From Candidatus Omnitrophota bacterium (GTDB taxonomy: Bacteria > Omnitrophota > Gorgyraeia > Tantalellales > Tantalellaceae): a stretch of 64,000 nucleotides of DNA. This document shows positions 63,792 to 64,000 of this stretch, piece by piece. Location of the stretch: the NCBI GenBank assembly GCA_015231405.1, contig JADGBR010000007.1, forward strand, positions 40,791 to 104,790, in the 5' to 3' direction. How positions within the stretch are numbered: the first letter of the stretch is position 1; every line of letters begins with the position of its first letter. Under the pieces are notes generated by a model, which saw nothing but the letters and a program-made list of their open reading frames with translations, was not told the DNA's origin and searched no databases. Made by a program: the position numbers and the translations under genes.

Positions 63792-63943
63792 TTCCGGCGT
63801 CTTTCTCCTGGAACCTCTCCTAATCCCCTGGACTCACCTGGGAATTTGTCCTATAATTGTCCGTGGATACGGACCTTCGGGTATTAGGGAAAATGCGCGA
63901 GGCAGCGCCTATTGTCCCGGTTCTCGAATAAGAAGGGAGAAAC

Positions 63944-64000
63944 ATGCCACTAGCTCAAAAGATATTACTGGTCGTCGCGACCGTACCGCTCGGCGTTATA
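63944..64000 (+). CDS. 5' end of a CDS running off the window (MPLAQKILLVVATVPLGVI..., signal/TM-like)
   Basis: ATG with AAGGGAGAAAC RBS. Confidence 0.3.
   Translation, partial: MPLAQKILLVVATVPLGVI

Overview
The window reads as a bacterial chromosome segment from an uncultivated-type lineage, in three parts: a housekeeping core, a large surface-glycan locus, and a lower-GC accessory island after a tRNA-Asn gene.

(1) 1-19.7 kb, housekeeping core. It holds a 1399-aa unrecognisable protein, thyX, GTP-PEPCK, purC, sua5/tsaC, apt, a TPM-LemA pair and an M29 aminopeptidase. Three families of REP-like palindromic repeats sit in its intergenic gaps.

(2) 16.9-38.6 kb, Wzx-dependent surface-polysaccharide/glycosylation locus. 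It encodes a SIS isomerase, a cytidylyltransferase, an epimerase, a DegT aminotransferase, two AsnB-type amidotransferases, two LbH acyltransferases, two methyltransferases, five to six glycosyltransferases and an ArnC-like/ArnT-like pair. The ArnT-like GT-C protein carries an N-terminal LuxR-type HTH. The locus is followed by an SNF2 helicase + SWIM zinc-finger pair, a DJ-1 protein and DinB.

(3) 46.9-62.9 kb, accessory island. A tRNA-Asn(GTT) with its terminator is followed by DNA that looks AT-richer by eye. Its contents, in order:
- a PD-(D/E)xK nuclease / DUF2075 ATPase fused to a C-terminal LexA-like S24 autopeptidase domain;
- a truncated duplicate of that gene's 3' end, next to two 40-bp direct repeats;
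- a protein with a nucleoside-2-deoxyribosyltransferase-like domain;
- a ParB-like HTH protein;
- an MNT/HEPN toxin-antitoxin-like pair bracketed by repeated hairpin+TATAAT elements;
- a 340-bp nested direct-repeat (iteron-like) array;
- a kaiC-kaiB-kaiB / multi-PAS histidine kinase / receiver operon, with a (GAAA)11 microsatellite at the kinase-regulator junction;
- a chimeric response-regulator/DUF4160 remnant plus a DUF2442 gene;
- an AbiEi-like HTH + class-II Fic module bounded by 23-bp direct repeats;
- a secreted EF-hand protein.

No integrase, transposase, CRISPR array or rRNA is visible in the window. All calls rest on reading motifs in the supplied translations and sequence; no database searches were run.
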